A DNA stretch of 46,180 bases from Candidatus Yanofskybacteria bacterium (GCA_023245235.1 JAHFKT010000002.1:16803-62982); one strand, 5' to 3'. Positions 15,806 to 25,981 are shown, counted from the stretch's first letter. The notes: generated from the letters alone by a model not told the origin. Numbers and translations: made by a program.

Positions 15806-17665
15806 CTAGTCCACAACTGCACGGATGCGCCGGGCGCCGCCGGAAACCGACTCTTCCTTAGTGATAGTGATGCGGCCGATCTCGCCGGTATGGGTCACGT
15901 GGGGGCCGCCGCAGAGCTCCCGGCTGAACCAGTTCTTTTCGTCGCCGATGGTGTAGACCTTCACCCGCGGCGGATATTTAAGCTTAAAGAAAGCCGAAGC
16001 GCCGGAATCCAGTGCTTCCTTCAGATCCATCTCTTGAGCGGTCACCGGCAGATCTTTGGCTACGATATCGTTGGCGATATCTTCGGCCTGCTTCAATTCT
16101 TCCGGAGTGACCTTGCGCGGAAAAGTAAAATCAAAACGCAAACGCTCAGCCGTGATGTCCGAACCGGCCTGGGGTAACTTCTGGCCGAGCACTTTCTGAA
16201 GCGCGGCGACAATAATATGGGTCGCGGTATGGAGGCGGGTTTTCTTCTTCATTTCTTCGGCATCCCCCGCCGTCAGGTCGCCTTCTTTCATTCCGTGTCC
16301 GCCGAATTTCTTCCCGGCTCCGGCGCGGGATATCTCCTGATGGCGCTTTCGTTCTGTCTCAAAATCTTCCCTGGTCAGCCCCGAAGCTTTGTTCCGGGCG
16401 ACCTCGCGGATGACCTCGAACGGCAGGCCGAAGCTTTCATATAACCGGAACGCGGAGACGCCGTCGACAGAATCGAGCTTTTCAAGTTCCCGAAGACCGT
16501 TCTTGAATGTTTTCTGGAATTTTTCATTCTCCGCGTCGAATGCCGATTTTATTTTCTCGATATTCAATTCGGGATAGTAGGCACCGCAGAGCTCAACGAT
16601 CTTTTCAAAGATGTTATGGATGGCTTCGAGTTCGATACCGTTCAGATGGCATTGGACGATGACCCGGCGCATCAGGCGGCGCAGAACATAACCCTGCTCT
16701 TTATTCGAGGGCACTATGCCGTCAGCGATAAGAAACGCCGCCGCCCGGCTATGGTCGGTAATGATGCGTTTGACCCGTTCATCAACGCCGTCATCCGGCA
16801 GTATCTGTATGAGCGGCTCGAAAACGTCCGTCGAGAATATGTCCGGTTGGTTTTGTGCCGCCGCCGTGATCCTTTCAAAACCGCCGCCGAAATCAACATT
16901 CCGCTGCTTGAGGAGTTCGAAAGTTCCGTCAGGCAGTTTTTTGTACTCCATAAAAACGCTGTTGCCGATCTCCAAAAATCTTCCGCAGTCGCAATTGGGA
17001 TGGCATTCTTTGCCGTATGAAGGGTCATGAGGAACATCAAATTGATAGAATATCTCCGAATCTGGGCCCCCGGGCTCCCCCGCGGGCATTGTGTCCGGCC
17101 TCCCGGCCCGTGACCACCAGTTCTTTTCGGCACCATAAAAAAATATGCGGCTATCCTTCATGCCGACCTTTGATGCGTTGGCGAGAGTTATGAGATCGGC
17201 CTCTTTCGCATCAATGCCGGCCTCTTCGAACAGCTGTTTCCAGATAGCCGGGGATTCCGTGTCTCTGGGGATGCCGTTCTTTTCGTCACCGGCAAAAACC
17301 GTCACATAGAGCCGCGCCGGATCAATGCCGACCTCTTTCGTCAGAAATTCAAATATCCAGGCCAGTTGTTCTTTCTTCCAATAATCGCCGAATGACCAGT
17401 TGCCGAGCATCTCAAAGAATGTCGTATGCCGGTTATCGCCCACCTCATCAATATCGTCGGCCCGAAAGGACTTTTGAATATCGGCGATGCGTTTCCCGAG
17501 CGGGTGGGGCTCTCCCAGAAGATACGGCATCATCGGCTGCATGCCTGATCCGGTAAAAAGCGTGGTCGCGTCATTTGCGGGCAACAGTGAAGACGAGGGC
17601 ACGATGACGTGCTTTCGGGCTTCGAAAAAATCCAGAAATTTTTGGCGTATCTCATGGCTGGTCAT
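15806..17665 (-). CDS. alaS: alanine--tRNA ligase, short form without C-Ala domain
   Basis: TLFTGSGMQP, RHTTFFEMLGNWSFGDY, RLHTATH, ELCGGPHV, RRIRA at terminus. Confidence 0.95.
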   Translation of the reverse strand: MTSHEIRQKFLDFFEARKHVIVPSSSLLPANDATTLFTGSGMQPMMPYLLGEPHPLGKRIADIQKSFRADDIDEVGDNRHTTFFEMLGNWSFGDYWKKEQLAWIFEFLTKEVGIDPARLYVTVFAGDEKNGIPRDTESPAIWKQLFEEAGIDAKEADLITLANASKVGMKDSRIFFYGAEKNWWSRAGRPDTMPAGEPGGPDSEIFYQFDVPHDPSYGKECHPNCDCGRFLEIGNSVFMEYKKLPDGTFELLKQRNVDFGGGFERITAAAQNQPDIFSTDVFEPLIQILPDDGVDERVKRIITDHSRAAAFLIADGIVPSNKEQGYVLRRLMRRVIVQCHLNGIELEAIHNIFEKIVELCGAYYPELNIEKIKSAFDAENEKFQKTFKNGLRELEKLDSVDGVSAFRLYESFGLPFEVIREVARNKASGLTREDFETERKRHQEISRAGAGKKFGGHGMKEGDLTAGDAEEMKKKTRLHTATHIIVAALQKVLGQKLPQAGSDITAERLRFDFTFPRKVTPEELKQAEDIANDIVAKDLPVTAQEMDLKEALDSGASAFFKLKYPPRVKVYTIGDEKNWFSRELCGGPHVTHTGEIGRITITKEESVSGGARRIRAVVD

Positions 17666-17711
17666 TGTGGTTACTCTATCAAAAATCCCGTGTTCATTCA
17701 AACAAAAAGCC

Positions 17712-18017
17712 CTACTGTCCCAAAAAGGTAAATAGGGCGTTCAGGTGCATCATGACCATCATTGTGTACGCTCCGAGGAGGAACGAAAGGAGCAGAAAGC
17801 TTTCTCTCCGGTACAGTTTAACGCTCAACCCGATGCCGATGCCCCGGGTAATGAGCATCGCGGGCACGACACCGACAAGATGCATCAGCGCCTTATCGAG
17901 CGGATTCGCTTCAGCGGCGGGACCGAACCGCTGGACCCAATACCAGGTCCAGGTGCCGTCTGCGATCAACGCGCCGCATAAAAATACGAACAGCCACAAG
18001 GCATGTTTCGGTTTCAT
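17712..18017 (-). CDS. small membrane protein (DUF5658-like, EANP motif)
   Basis: DGTWT...EANPL and 3 hydrophobic segments. Confidence 0.6.
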   Translation of the reverse strand: MKPKHALWLFVFLCGALIADGTWTWYWVQRFGPAAEANPLDKALMHLVGVVPAMLITRGIGIGLSVKLYRRESFLLLSFLLGAYTMMVMMHLNALFTFLGQ

Positions 18018-18068
18018 TATTGTCAAAGAATTGCCGATACCGTATCATAGCGGGGCATCCTTAACAAC

Positions 18069-19106
18069 ATGCCTGAGCCACGCTGTCCGGTCGACTGCCT
18101 GCTTCATGACCATGGCGACGGCGCCTATCCGCTGGCCATTGTTCTGCGCGACCTGTTCACCATGGCCGGGAAAGCGATACCCGACAATGCTGACCTCGTG
18201 GCGCAGGTCCGGAAAAAGTTCCAGGACCCGCACGCGGACATCATCGAGGCCTTCTCCAATACCACCGGCGTCCTGCAAACCTGGGATGCCTTGTTCCTGG
18301 CCGCTCACAACCATGTGGTCGTCCGGGCCTCACAGGGCATCCGGTACGCCGAGGTAATGTTCGCGCCCCAGTACCACGGGTTCCAGGGTCTCACGCCCAA
18401 ACGGGCCGTGGAGGCAATCATTGCCGGTATTAAGTCAGGCGAACAGAAATGTCCCGACATTGAGGTCAATTTCCTGGCCGCTATCGGCCGTGAATTGAGC
18501 CCCGAGCAGGCCATTGAGCTCATCAAGGTCTTTGAAGAGTGCGACCGGAACTATCTGGTCGGTATTGACTGGGTATGCGACGAGGCGGCATTTCCGCCGG
18601 AACGGCACATCAAGTCAGTCCGGTATGCCCACGATGCAGGATTCCCGGTTGATTTCCACGCATCCGAATGGGTCCGCGGTCCCCACGACACGCCCGACTT
18701 CTGGCGCGACCTGCCGCAGCTGGTCCAGAATTTGAATATTGCGATGAGAGTAATGCGGTGCAAACGCATCGGGCACGGTATTGCCCTGCCCTATGCTCCC
18801 ACCCTGATGCGCTACGCCCTCATCAATCAGATCGGCATTACCGGTTGCCCCGGTTCCAATCTTCAGGGTCAGAATGTGCCGGACCTGGAAGCTCTCCAAA
18901 TTACGCAAATGCTTGATTCCGGTATTTTGTGGTCAATGAATCCCGATGACGATTTCTTCCAGCCGGATATCAACGAGGTCTATCAGGCCTGCGACCGGGT
19001 CTACTGCTTCACCGCCGAACAGCGCATGAGAATGCGCCTGAACGCGTGGAAGACAAGGTTCGGGAAACGCAAACCGGTCCCGAACGATATTGCACCGCTC
19101 ATCTGA
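18069..19106 (+). CDS. adenosine/adenine deaminase family protein
   Basis: HDHGDG, YAEVMFAP, FHASE, RIGHG, CPGSN, NPDDD. Confidence 0.88.
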   Translation: MPEPRCPVDCLLHDHGDGAYPLAIVLRDLFTMAGKAIPDNADLVAQVRKKFQDPHADIIEAFSNTTGVLQTWDALFLAAHNHVVVRASQGIRYAEVMFAPQYHGFQGLTPKRAVEAIIAGIKSGEQKCPDIEVNFLAAIGRELSPEQAIELIKVFEECDRNYLVGIDWVCDEAAFPPERHIKSVRYAHDAGFPVDFHASEWVRGPHDTPDFWRDLPQLVQNLNIAMRVMRCKRIGHGIALPYAPTLMRYALINQIGITGCPGSNLQGQNVPDLEALQITQMLDSGILWSMNPDDDFFQPDINEVYQACDRVYCFTAEQRMRMRLNAWKTRFGKRKPVPNDIAPLI

Positions 19107-19126
19107 GCGGTTTTCTTTTACAAAAA

Positions 19127-20980
19127 TTACAGTCCCAGCCTCTTGTGGAGGTAAAAGAGACGCGAGGAGTTGGCGAACGGGATGAAGTCAGTGGCAAAGT
19201 TGTATGCGGCCGCGCCGGCGGGTCCGATGACGCCGGCAATGACCAGGCCGAAACCGATGGCGTTCACAATACCCCAGATCCAGAAGTCCTGGCGGGCTAC
19301 GCTCATTGTGTACCGTCCGAGCTCTATCGCATCGCCGATCTTGGAAAAGTCATCCTTCATCAGCGCGATATCGGCAGCCTCAATAGCGGCATCGGAACCG
19401 ATGACGCCCATTGCAATGCCGACATCGGCCAAGGCCAGAGCGGCCGCATCATTGACGCCGTCGCCGACCATGGCCACCTTTGTTTTCTTATTCAGCTCTT
19501 TTTTAATATAGGTCAGCTTGTCTTCGGGTAACAAGTTAGCGTGAATATCGGTGATGCCCACCTCGTCCGCTATCTTCTGCGCAACCTTCTCATTGTCGCC
19601 GGTGAGCATGACCAGTTTTGAAACGCCGAGGCTCTTGAGCTCTTTGATGGCTTCGGGCACTTCGGGCCTGATCTGGTCGGCCAGACCGATAAATCCTATC
19701 AGCTCTCCGCCATACGCGATCAACGTCGTATTCAGGCCCTTATTCTTGGCTGACTCCAGGTCGCCAAGCTGGTGATTTGAGACCGGGATCTTCTTGTCCT
19801 GCATGAATGTCAGTTTGCCGGATATGATCTCCTTGCCGTCCAGCTCTCCGACACTGCCCTTGCCGGGCGTTTCGTGGCAGTTATTCGGCTGGGGGTGATC
19901 AATATGTTTTTCTTTCGCGTATAAGACGATGGCCTTGGCGGCCGGATGGTCGGATAAGCATTCGGCAGTGGCCGCGTATTTTATCAGGTCATCCGATGAG
20001 AAATTATCGAACGGCACCACGGCCTGAACTCTCAAGATGCCCGCCGTGAGCGTGCCGGTCTTGTCCATAAGCAGGGTTTTTACTTTTGTCAGCCCCTCCA
20101 GAAAATCACCGCCCTTGATAATGATGCCCTGCCGGGCGGCGGTTCCGATGGCGGCCAGGAACGCGAGCGGTACGGCAACCGCGATATCGTCGGCGCAGGC
20201 GACCAAGAGCAGAGCCAGTACAAAGTTCAGGTTGCCGGTCCAGAAATAAACGATGACCGCGCCGATGAGGGTCGAACTGATGTACCAGGTCGTGAAACTT
20301 TCAGCGATGGTATGAATACCGGCCTTTGATTCCTGCGATGATTCCACCAGTCTGATGATCTTAGCCAGAGTGGTGTCGCTGCCGATCTTATCGGCCCTCA
20401 CTTCCAAAGTGCCGGAAACATTGAGGGTCGAGCTGAAGACCCGGTCGCCCTTTTGTTTTGAGACCGGGATGGATTCACCGGTCAGCGATGACTGGTCAAT
20501 GCTGGCGGTTCCGTCTTCCACGATGCCGTCAACCGCGACCCGTTCCCCGGCTTCAATGACAACAAGGTCACCGACCTTCACATCTTCAACGGAAATCTCT
20601 GTGACAGCCCCGGCGCGCCTGACCTTAACCTGCTGTGGCCGGAGCTTGAGCAGGCTCTGAATGGCCCGGCGGGCCTGGCCTTCGGTATAACGGCCGAAGA
20701 TACGCGCCGATGACAACATGAGGTTGATGAATACGGCCGACGGCCATTCCTTGGCCAGCATGGACGCAACCAAGGCGATACTGGCCAGAAGGTCAATTGA
20801 AATTTCGCGGTTCTTCAATGACCGGAACGCGCTGATGACGACGGGGATGGTGCCGATGAATGCCAGCACAAAGAGCGCCCGGTCATCGAATGAGTTCAAG
20901 CCGCCGGAATAGTGGAGCCCCAAAAAACCTGCTAATAAAGCGAGGAGGATGTAATCGAACCATTCTTCAAGTCGTTGCAT
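19127..20980 (-). CDS. P1B-type heavy-metal-translocating ATPase
   Basis: TGES, DKTGTLT, HP, TGDN, GDGVNDA; CAD in place of CPC. Confidence 0.93.
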   Translation of the reverse strand: MQRLEEWFDYILLALLAGFLGLHYSGGLNSFDDRALFVLAFIGTIPVVISAFRSLKNREISIDLLASIALVASMLAKEWPSAVFINLMLSSARIFGRYTEGQARRAIQSLLKLRPQQVKVRRAGAVTEISVEDVKVGDLVVIEAGERVAVDGIVEDGTASIDQSSLTGESIPVSKQKGDRVFSSTLNVSGTLEVRADKIGSDTTLAKIIRLVESSQESKAGIHTIAESFTTWYISSTLIGAVIVYFWTGNLNFVLALLLVACADDIAVAVPLAFLAAIGTAARQGIIIKGGDFLEGLTKVKTLLMDKTGTLTAGILRVQAVVPFDNFSSDDLIKYAATAECLSDHPAAKAIVLYAKEKHIDHPQPNNCHETPGKGSVGELDGKEIISGKLTFMQDKKIPVSNHQLGDLESAKNKGLNTTLIAYGGELIGFIGLADQIRPEVPEAIKELKSLGVSKLVMLTGDNEKVAQKIADEVGITDIHANLLPEDKLTYIKKELNKKTKVAMVGDGVNDAAALALADVGIAMGVIGSDAAIEAADIALMKDDFSKIGDAIELGRYTMSVARQDFWIWGIVNAIGFGLVIAGVIGPAGAAAYNFATDFIPFANSSRLFYLHKRLGL

Positions 20981-21026
20981 CTTTTTATTGTATCTTATTT
21001 CACCCCTAAATTGTAAGTTTTTTAAT

Positions 21027-21055
21027 TTGACTTTTGATGATTTTCCTGATATAAT
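21027..21055 (+). promoter_or_regulatory. sigma70 promoter
   Basis: TTGACT-17-TATAAT with extended -10 TG. Confidence 0.7.
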
Positions 21056-21103
21056 TTGATAACTAGTTCTTAATAACAACATGCAAAAGGACAGGAGGCA
21101 GCG

Positions 21104-21679
21104 GTGAATCTCACCATGCTCGCGTGCGTCGTCGCCGTTGTCGCATATTGCTTCATGGCCCGCGGCCTCTTGGCCGGCGATTCGGAGCAGAACTTCACCA
21201 CCTGGATACTCTGGGGAGTGCTCGACGGCATCGCCGCCGCGACCATCTTCTTCCAGAGCGGCAGCTGGGCCATCCCGGCCGTCTATGCCGTCGGCAGTAC
21301 GGCCACGGCGTTCCTCATCCTCAAGTCAGGCACCGTTTCATGGACCTGGTTTGATACGATGATCATCTGCATGGTGGTCGCGTGCATGGTTATCTGGAAG
21401 GTCTCGGGGGCCCGCACCGCAACCATCGCCAGCACCGTCGCCGTGACCATCGCCGGTATCCCCCAACTCGTCGAAACATGGAAAAAACCGGAAGGCAGTC
21501 CGTTTCCGGTCTATCTGATGTTTGTCGTCGGCAACAGCCTCGCGACGGCCGGGGCCAAGAGCTGGAGCGTCGAAGAACGCCTCTATCCCGCCGTCTGCAT
21601 CGCGCTGACGACCGCCTACCTATTGGCCATGTCCCGCAAGTTCCTGCCAAGTCACCAAAAAGCCGCCAACGCTCTCTAG
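21104..21679 (+). CDS. polytopic membrane protein (about 7 TM)
   Basis: hydrophobic ORF, GGAGG SD, TWILW and IPQLVETWKKP motifs. Confidence 0.75.
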   Translation: MNLTMLACVVAVVAYCFMARGLLAGDSEQNFTTWILWGVLDGIAAATIFFQSGSWAIPAVYAVGSTATAFLILKSGTVSWTWFDTMIICMVVACMVIWKVSGARTATIASTVAVTIAGIPQLVETWKKPEGSPFPVYLMFVVGNSLATAGAKSWSVEERLYPAVCIALTTAYLLAMSRKFLPSHQKAANAL

Positions 21680-21789
21680 CGAAGGCGGCTTTCCTCATTT
21701 TTATGAATCATTTTGGTTTGACTTTTTATTAAATTACTATATAGTATTACACGGACAGTTCCTCAAAACATGCAAAGGAAGGTGCGCTG

Positions 21790-22377
21790 ATGATCCGAAC
21801 AAGCGTGGTTCTTGCCGCTCTGGCGGCATTCTTCATGCTGAGCACTCCGGCTAGGGCGCAGGTATCAGGCGAGACCGAGAGCGGCACCGATGGCCGCGGC
21901 GGTTCATTCGTCAGCCAGTATGTCTTCTACGACTGGAAGGACGACAATCTGTTGGTCCGATACTTCTGGGTCAACGGGGCCGTCAATCGTGCCGAGGTCG
22001 CCTTCGGCCCGACTTTCAAGACCGGTAATACCGTCACCAAACTGCAATTCGGAGCGACGACCGCCAAAGAAGCGATGGCTGCCGTTCTGATCATCAGCAA
22101 GGTCGGAGGGCGGCAACTGATGTATATCGGCGACTTCAAGCCGGCGATGGGACACCTGGACTACGCACTGTACCAGAAGTTCTTCTGGGCCATCGATACA
22201 AAGTCCGTCTGGCAGTTCCGGATCGAGGCTCTGAACATCAACCGCGGGCAGGCGTTCCTCCGGATCGGCGGCGAATACCAGCTCCAGTTCGATCCCAAAC
22301 ATCACCTCTACGTTGCACCTTTCTACGACCCTGTCGTAAAAGCGCCGGGAGTGCAATTCGGCTTCCGATTCTTCTAA
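21790..22377 (+). CDS. secreted protein with outer-membrane beta-barrel-like pattern
   Basis: signal peptide ending ARA-Q; alternating hydrophobic strands; ends VQFGFRFF. Confidence 0.65.
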   Translation: MIRTSVVLAALAAFFMLSTPARAQVSGETESGTDGRGGSFVSQYVFYDWKDDNLLVRYFWVNGAVNRAEVAFGPTFKTGNTVTKLQFGATTAKEAMAAVLIISKVGGRQLMYIGDFKPAMGHLDYALYQKFFWAIDTKSVWQFRIEALNINRGQAFLRIGGEYQLQFDPKHHLYVAPFYDPVVKAPGVQFGFRFF

Positions 22378-22436
22378 CCGCCCGCGAAAGGCCCGCACTC
22401 CGTGCTCGCGCCTTCGCGGGCTTTTCGTTTTTAGGG

Positions 22437-25388
22437 CTATGCCATCATTTTGCGGAGCGCGCAGTATTCGCAGTCCTCGTCATCGCAGGACTTGTCCCAA
22501 AACGAGAGTTCCGATATCTGCGAAACGACATCGCGGACGACCTTCTCAAGTTCTTTCACTTGTTCGCCGGAGATGGCGAATTTTTCTTTCTTGTATTTGC
22601 CGCTGTCATTCGGTTCAAGAAAATCTATCTCGCCGGAGACCATCTTAAATTTCCCTTTTTGCCACCGGTCAAGCAATAATTTATAGAACACGAGCTGACG
22701 GAACTCGTTGCCGGTGGAGTTCTTCGTCTTACCCATGATCTCATTGGCCGACATCGGTTCTTTGGTCTTATAGTCCACGACGTTCACGGTCCGGCCGTCA
22801 GGTGCCGGCTCAATCCGGTCCAGCTGGCCCGACAGCGGGATACCATCAAGTTCCATGCCATCTATTTTTTGTTCGGTGATGATCTTTTCGGGCCATTTGC
22901 CGACATACCAGTCGTAATAGCCTGATAATATCTTTTTACCTTCGGCGAGGGCCTGCTCGATCTGCCGCTCGGGCAGGGGTGCACGCTTCAATGCCGTTTC
23001 AAAATGAGAGACCAGGTAGTTCTTTCCGGGATCGGCGGCGGCGGCGAACTTATCAAAAAATGCTTTCAGCGCGGCGTGAGCGGCTTTGCCGTACTCCGAC
23101 GGCACGCTTGGCGCTTCAGGTATGCGCACCAGATTGGTAAAGAAGTACCGCCATGGACAATCAAGAAAGTTATTGAGCGCCGTTACCGACAATCCCTGCG
23201 TTCTGAACAGCTGGTTCAGATATTCTTTTTGGGTCAGGAGAGCGGTACGCGATGGTTCAGCGAACTGAACATCCCGATGCTTCTCATACTCTTTGGCCCA
23301 TCGCGATACATCTGCCTGTTTTTTATATTCCGCCGGGATAGCCAGCACGAACACGCTCGGTGATTGCTCTTTGCCGTCAGCTTTTCGTTCAGACCAGGTG
23401 ATGATGGCTTCCTTCTTTGCCCGCGTCAGCGCCACATAAAAAAGATTGCGCGTATCGGCCTCGGAGTCCTCTTCTTCATCAAGTCCGGCGGTAATGCGCC
23501 AGACCGCATCCGGCAGTTTCAGCTCCGGCGGCTTTCGGGCGCCGTCCCAACGGCCGTGAGCGGCATTGATGATAAATACGGTATCAAATTCCAGACCCTT
23601 GGCTTTATGGACGGTCATCAGGCGCACGGTATGTTCCGGAGGCACGATCTGAACCCGCAACGAACCCCCGTGCCTGGATAACAGATCGAGCGAATCAAGA
23701 AACCCCGTCATGGTCAGATCTTTGGCTGATTCCATCTGGGAGCGGACGAGATCGAACAACGCATGCAGCTTAGCCAGAACCCGGTCACCACCCGGCAACT
23801 TTATGCCATGCGGCAGGAATCCGGTTTCACGCACCAGAGATTCCAAGGCCAGACCCGCGCTTTTATTGGAGCACTCGCGGGCCAAGAGAGAAAGCATCTT
23901 GAATACGGCCTTAACGCGGGCGGGATCCTCCAGGTTCAATTTTTTTAGCTCGGCATCGGAGCGGATAATATCCCAGACGTTAACGCGCTGACGGGTCGCA
24001 TAAGCGGAGATCTTGAATACATCGAGCGGTGCGACGCCCAGGAAATCAATGTACAGCGTCCGCAACAAAGATCCCGGATCATCCATATGGCATGCCGTCC
24101 GCGCAATGAGGAGCAATCTACGGATCTGCGGATCTTCCAGTACTTCGTCATCGGATTCCACGGCGTATGGAACATTGAGCCGCTCAAGCATGCGGGCGAC
24201 CGGTTCGGCTTCGGCGTTCGTCCGGTACAGGATAGCGATGTTCTCGAGCTTTGTACCGGTTTTTATTCTCTCCCGTATCATTCCCGCGATGGCATACTCC
24301 TGAATGGCGGGGCTTGGGAACGCATACAGTGCGACCGGTCCTTCCTTATGCCCGGCTTTTGCTTTCAAACTCCCCTGTTTTGGTGAAATTCCGGCGGCGG
24401 CCTCCAAGACCGCTTGCGTGGAACGATAGTTCTCTTGGAGCTTTATGATGGCGGCTTTAGGATACCGGGCCGTAAAATCACGGAAATTTTCAAGCGATGC
24501 ACCCTGAAACCGGTAGATGGCCTGCTGGAGATCGCCGACCACGAATATATTGGGCTGGTCATGGAATTCACCGATGAGCTGGACGATACGGTTCTGGGTC
24601 CGGTTGGAATCCTGATGCTCGTCCACAAGAATATAGAGATACTTTTCCTGGAATGTCAGCCGGAGGTCCTCATCGGTTTCAAGGGCTTTGGCCACCTCCA
24701 TGAGCATGTCGGCAAAGTCGTAGAAATTATCCCTGAGCAGCGTGTCCTGATATTCGCGGTATATGCCGGCCAGTTCCTGCTGTTTGAATATCGCCTTTTC
24801 GGCCGAGCGGTATTTAGCTCTGGTTTTACCGCTCTCGTCGGCCAGATCTTCAGTGGCGGCAAATACTTTCTTCTCTTTGACGAGCATCGCTTCAAAATCA
24901 TCCGGACTCACACCTTCACGCTTAAGGTCATCGATAGCGCCTTTGACCGATCTCACATAGGCTTCCGGCCGGCCCAGGGGCCGCAGCCATTTCAAGGGCC
25001 GCTGCATGATGATGGCCTCCAACAAGCGCAATTGATCGGGCTCGGTGATGGAAGAACCGCCGATGATGTGCGGAAACTCATCCGGCTCGGTTTGGATAAC
25101 CTCGTTGCAGAATCCGTGGAATGTCCGGATATGGACGCGATATGCCGCCTCGCCGATCATCTCAATGAGCCGCTGACGCATATTGTACGTTGCTTTTTCG
25201 GTGAACGTGAGTGCCAGAACCGCTTCGGGCGGCGTGTCGGTCTTTTTGAGTATGTTGGCGATACGGAGCGTAAGGATCTCGGTCTTGCCGGTGCCCGGTC
25301 CGGCGACGACCATGACCGGGCCTTCAATGGTGTTCACCGCTTTCTTTTGCTGAGGGTTGAGTTCTTTGTATCGCTTCTCGAAATCCAT
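22437..25388 (-). CDS. UvrD/PcrA-family helicase fused to C-terminal PD-(D/E)xK nuclease with Cys cluster
   Basis: AGPGTGKT, VDEHQDSN, NYRS, TVHKAKGLEFD, YVALTRAK; GQLDRI...VVDYKT; CP and CxxxxCxxC. Confidence 0.92.
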   Translation of the reverse strand: MDFEKRYKELNPQQKKAVNTIEGPVMVVAGPGTGKTEILTLRIANILKKTDTPPEAVLALTFTEKATYNMRQRLIEMIGEAAYRVHIRTFHGFCNEVIQTEPDEFPHIIGGSSITEPDQLRLLEAIIMQRPLKWLRPLGRPEAYVRSVKGAIDDLKREGVSPDDFEAMLVKEKKVFAATEDLADESGKTRAKYRSAEKAIFKQQELAGIYREYQDTLLRDNFYDFADMLMEVAKALETDEDLRLTFQEKYLYILVDEHQDSNRTQNRIVQLIGEFHDQPNIFVVGDLQQAIYRFQGASLENFRDFTARYPKAAIIKLQENYRSTQAVLEAAAGISPKQGSLKAKAGHKEGPVALYAFPSPAIQEYAIAGMIRERIKTGTKLENIAILYRTNAEAEPVARMLERLNVPYAVESDDEVLEDPQIRRLLLIARTACHMDDPGSLLRTLYIDFLGVAPLDVFKISAYATRQRVNVWDIIRSDAELKKLNLEDPARVKAVFKMLSLLARECSNKSAGLALESLVRETGFLPHGIKLPGGDRVLAKLHALFDLVRSQMESAKDLTMTGFLDSLDLLSRHGGSLRVQIVPPEHTVRLMTVHKAKGLEFDTVFIINAAHGRWDGARKPPELKLPDAVWRITAGLDEEEDSEADTRNLFYVALTRAKKEAIITWSERKADGKEQSPSVFVLAIPAEYKKQADVSRWAKEYEKHRDVQFAEPSRTALLTQKEYLNQLFRTQGLSVTALNNFLDCPWRYFFTNLVRIPEAPSVPSEYGKAAHAALKAFFDKFAAAADPGKNYLVSHFETALKRAPLPERQIEQALAEGKKILSGYYDWYVGKWPEKIITEQKIDGMELDGIPLSGQLDRIEPAPDGRTVNVVDYKTKEPMSANEIMGKTKNSTGNEFRQLVFYKLLLDRWQKGKFKMVSGEIDFLEPNDSGKYKKEKFAISGEQVKELEKVVRDVVSQISELSFWDKSCDDEDCEYCALRKMMA

Positions 25389-25426
25389 TGTTTTGAGTAT
25401 ATCACATCAGCATAACAAAAAGCCGC

Positions 25427-25747
25427 TCAGTGAGCGGCGGTTTCGGGCAGGTCGGCGAACATGAATCCCTGATGAATATCATGGGCATCATCCGAGGACC
25501 AGTCAAGCAGACCGCCCTTGAATGTCTTCGGAAATCCCGCCAGGATCTCGGACCACTTCATGGACAACGTAACGGTGCCGTGCAGATCCCGTTCCTCCTG
25601 GAATCTCATGACCTTACGAAGGTCGGAGAACAGACAAACCAGTTTCGTGCCGTCCGTTTCGTCGGTGTGGCCGTATATCGCATAATCGCGGCCGGAGCGG
25701 ATGACATAGAACTTCCGGTCCTTCGGAATCGTTTTGAAGTCCAGCAT
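25427..25747 (-). CDS. hypothetical protein
   Basis: ORF with protein-like composition, hairpin at stop. Confidence 0.55.
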   Translation of the reverse strand: MLDFKTIPKDRKFYVIRSGRDYAIYGHTDETDGTKLVCLFSDLRKVMRFQEERDLHGTVTLSMKWSEILAGFPKTFKGGLLDWSSDDAHDIHQGFMFADLPETAAH

Positions 25748-25981
25748 TGTCAGGGATCAATTAGATGCAGTCTAGTCCTAACCTCCCTAAAAAACAATGA
25801 CCGCTGGGACCCCACCTCTCCATACTCTCCGCCCGCGATATCAGTCAATATCCGCGAGGCCCATGAATGAGGACGAGATGTATCGGTCGATACATCAAGG
25901 ACGAATGAAGATGGTATCGCGGAGATTGGCTTTATCCCACAGAGATTCCCGGCTAAAGCACGAGAACCTTCTCCGAGAAGG

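Noticed and set aside
24414-25415. 333-aa plus-strand ORF
   Set aside because: Antisense to the helicase, no motifs
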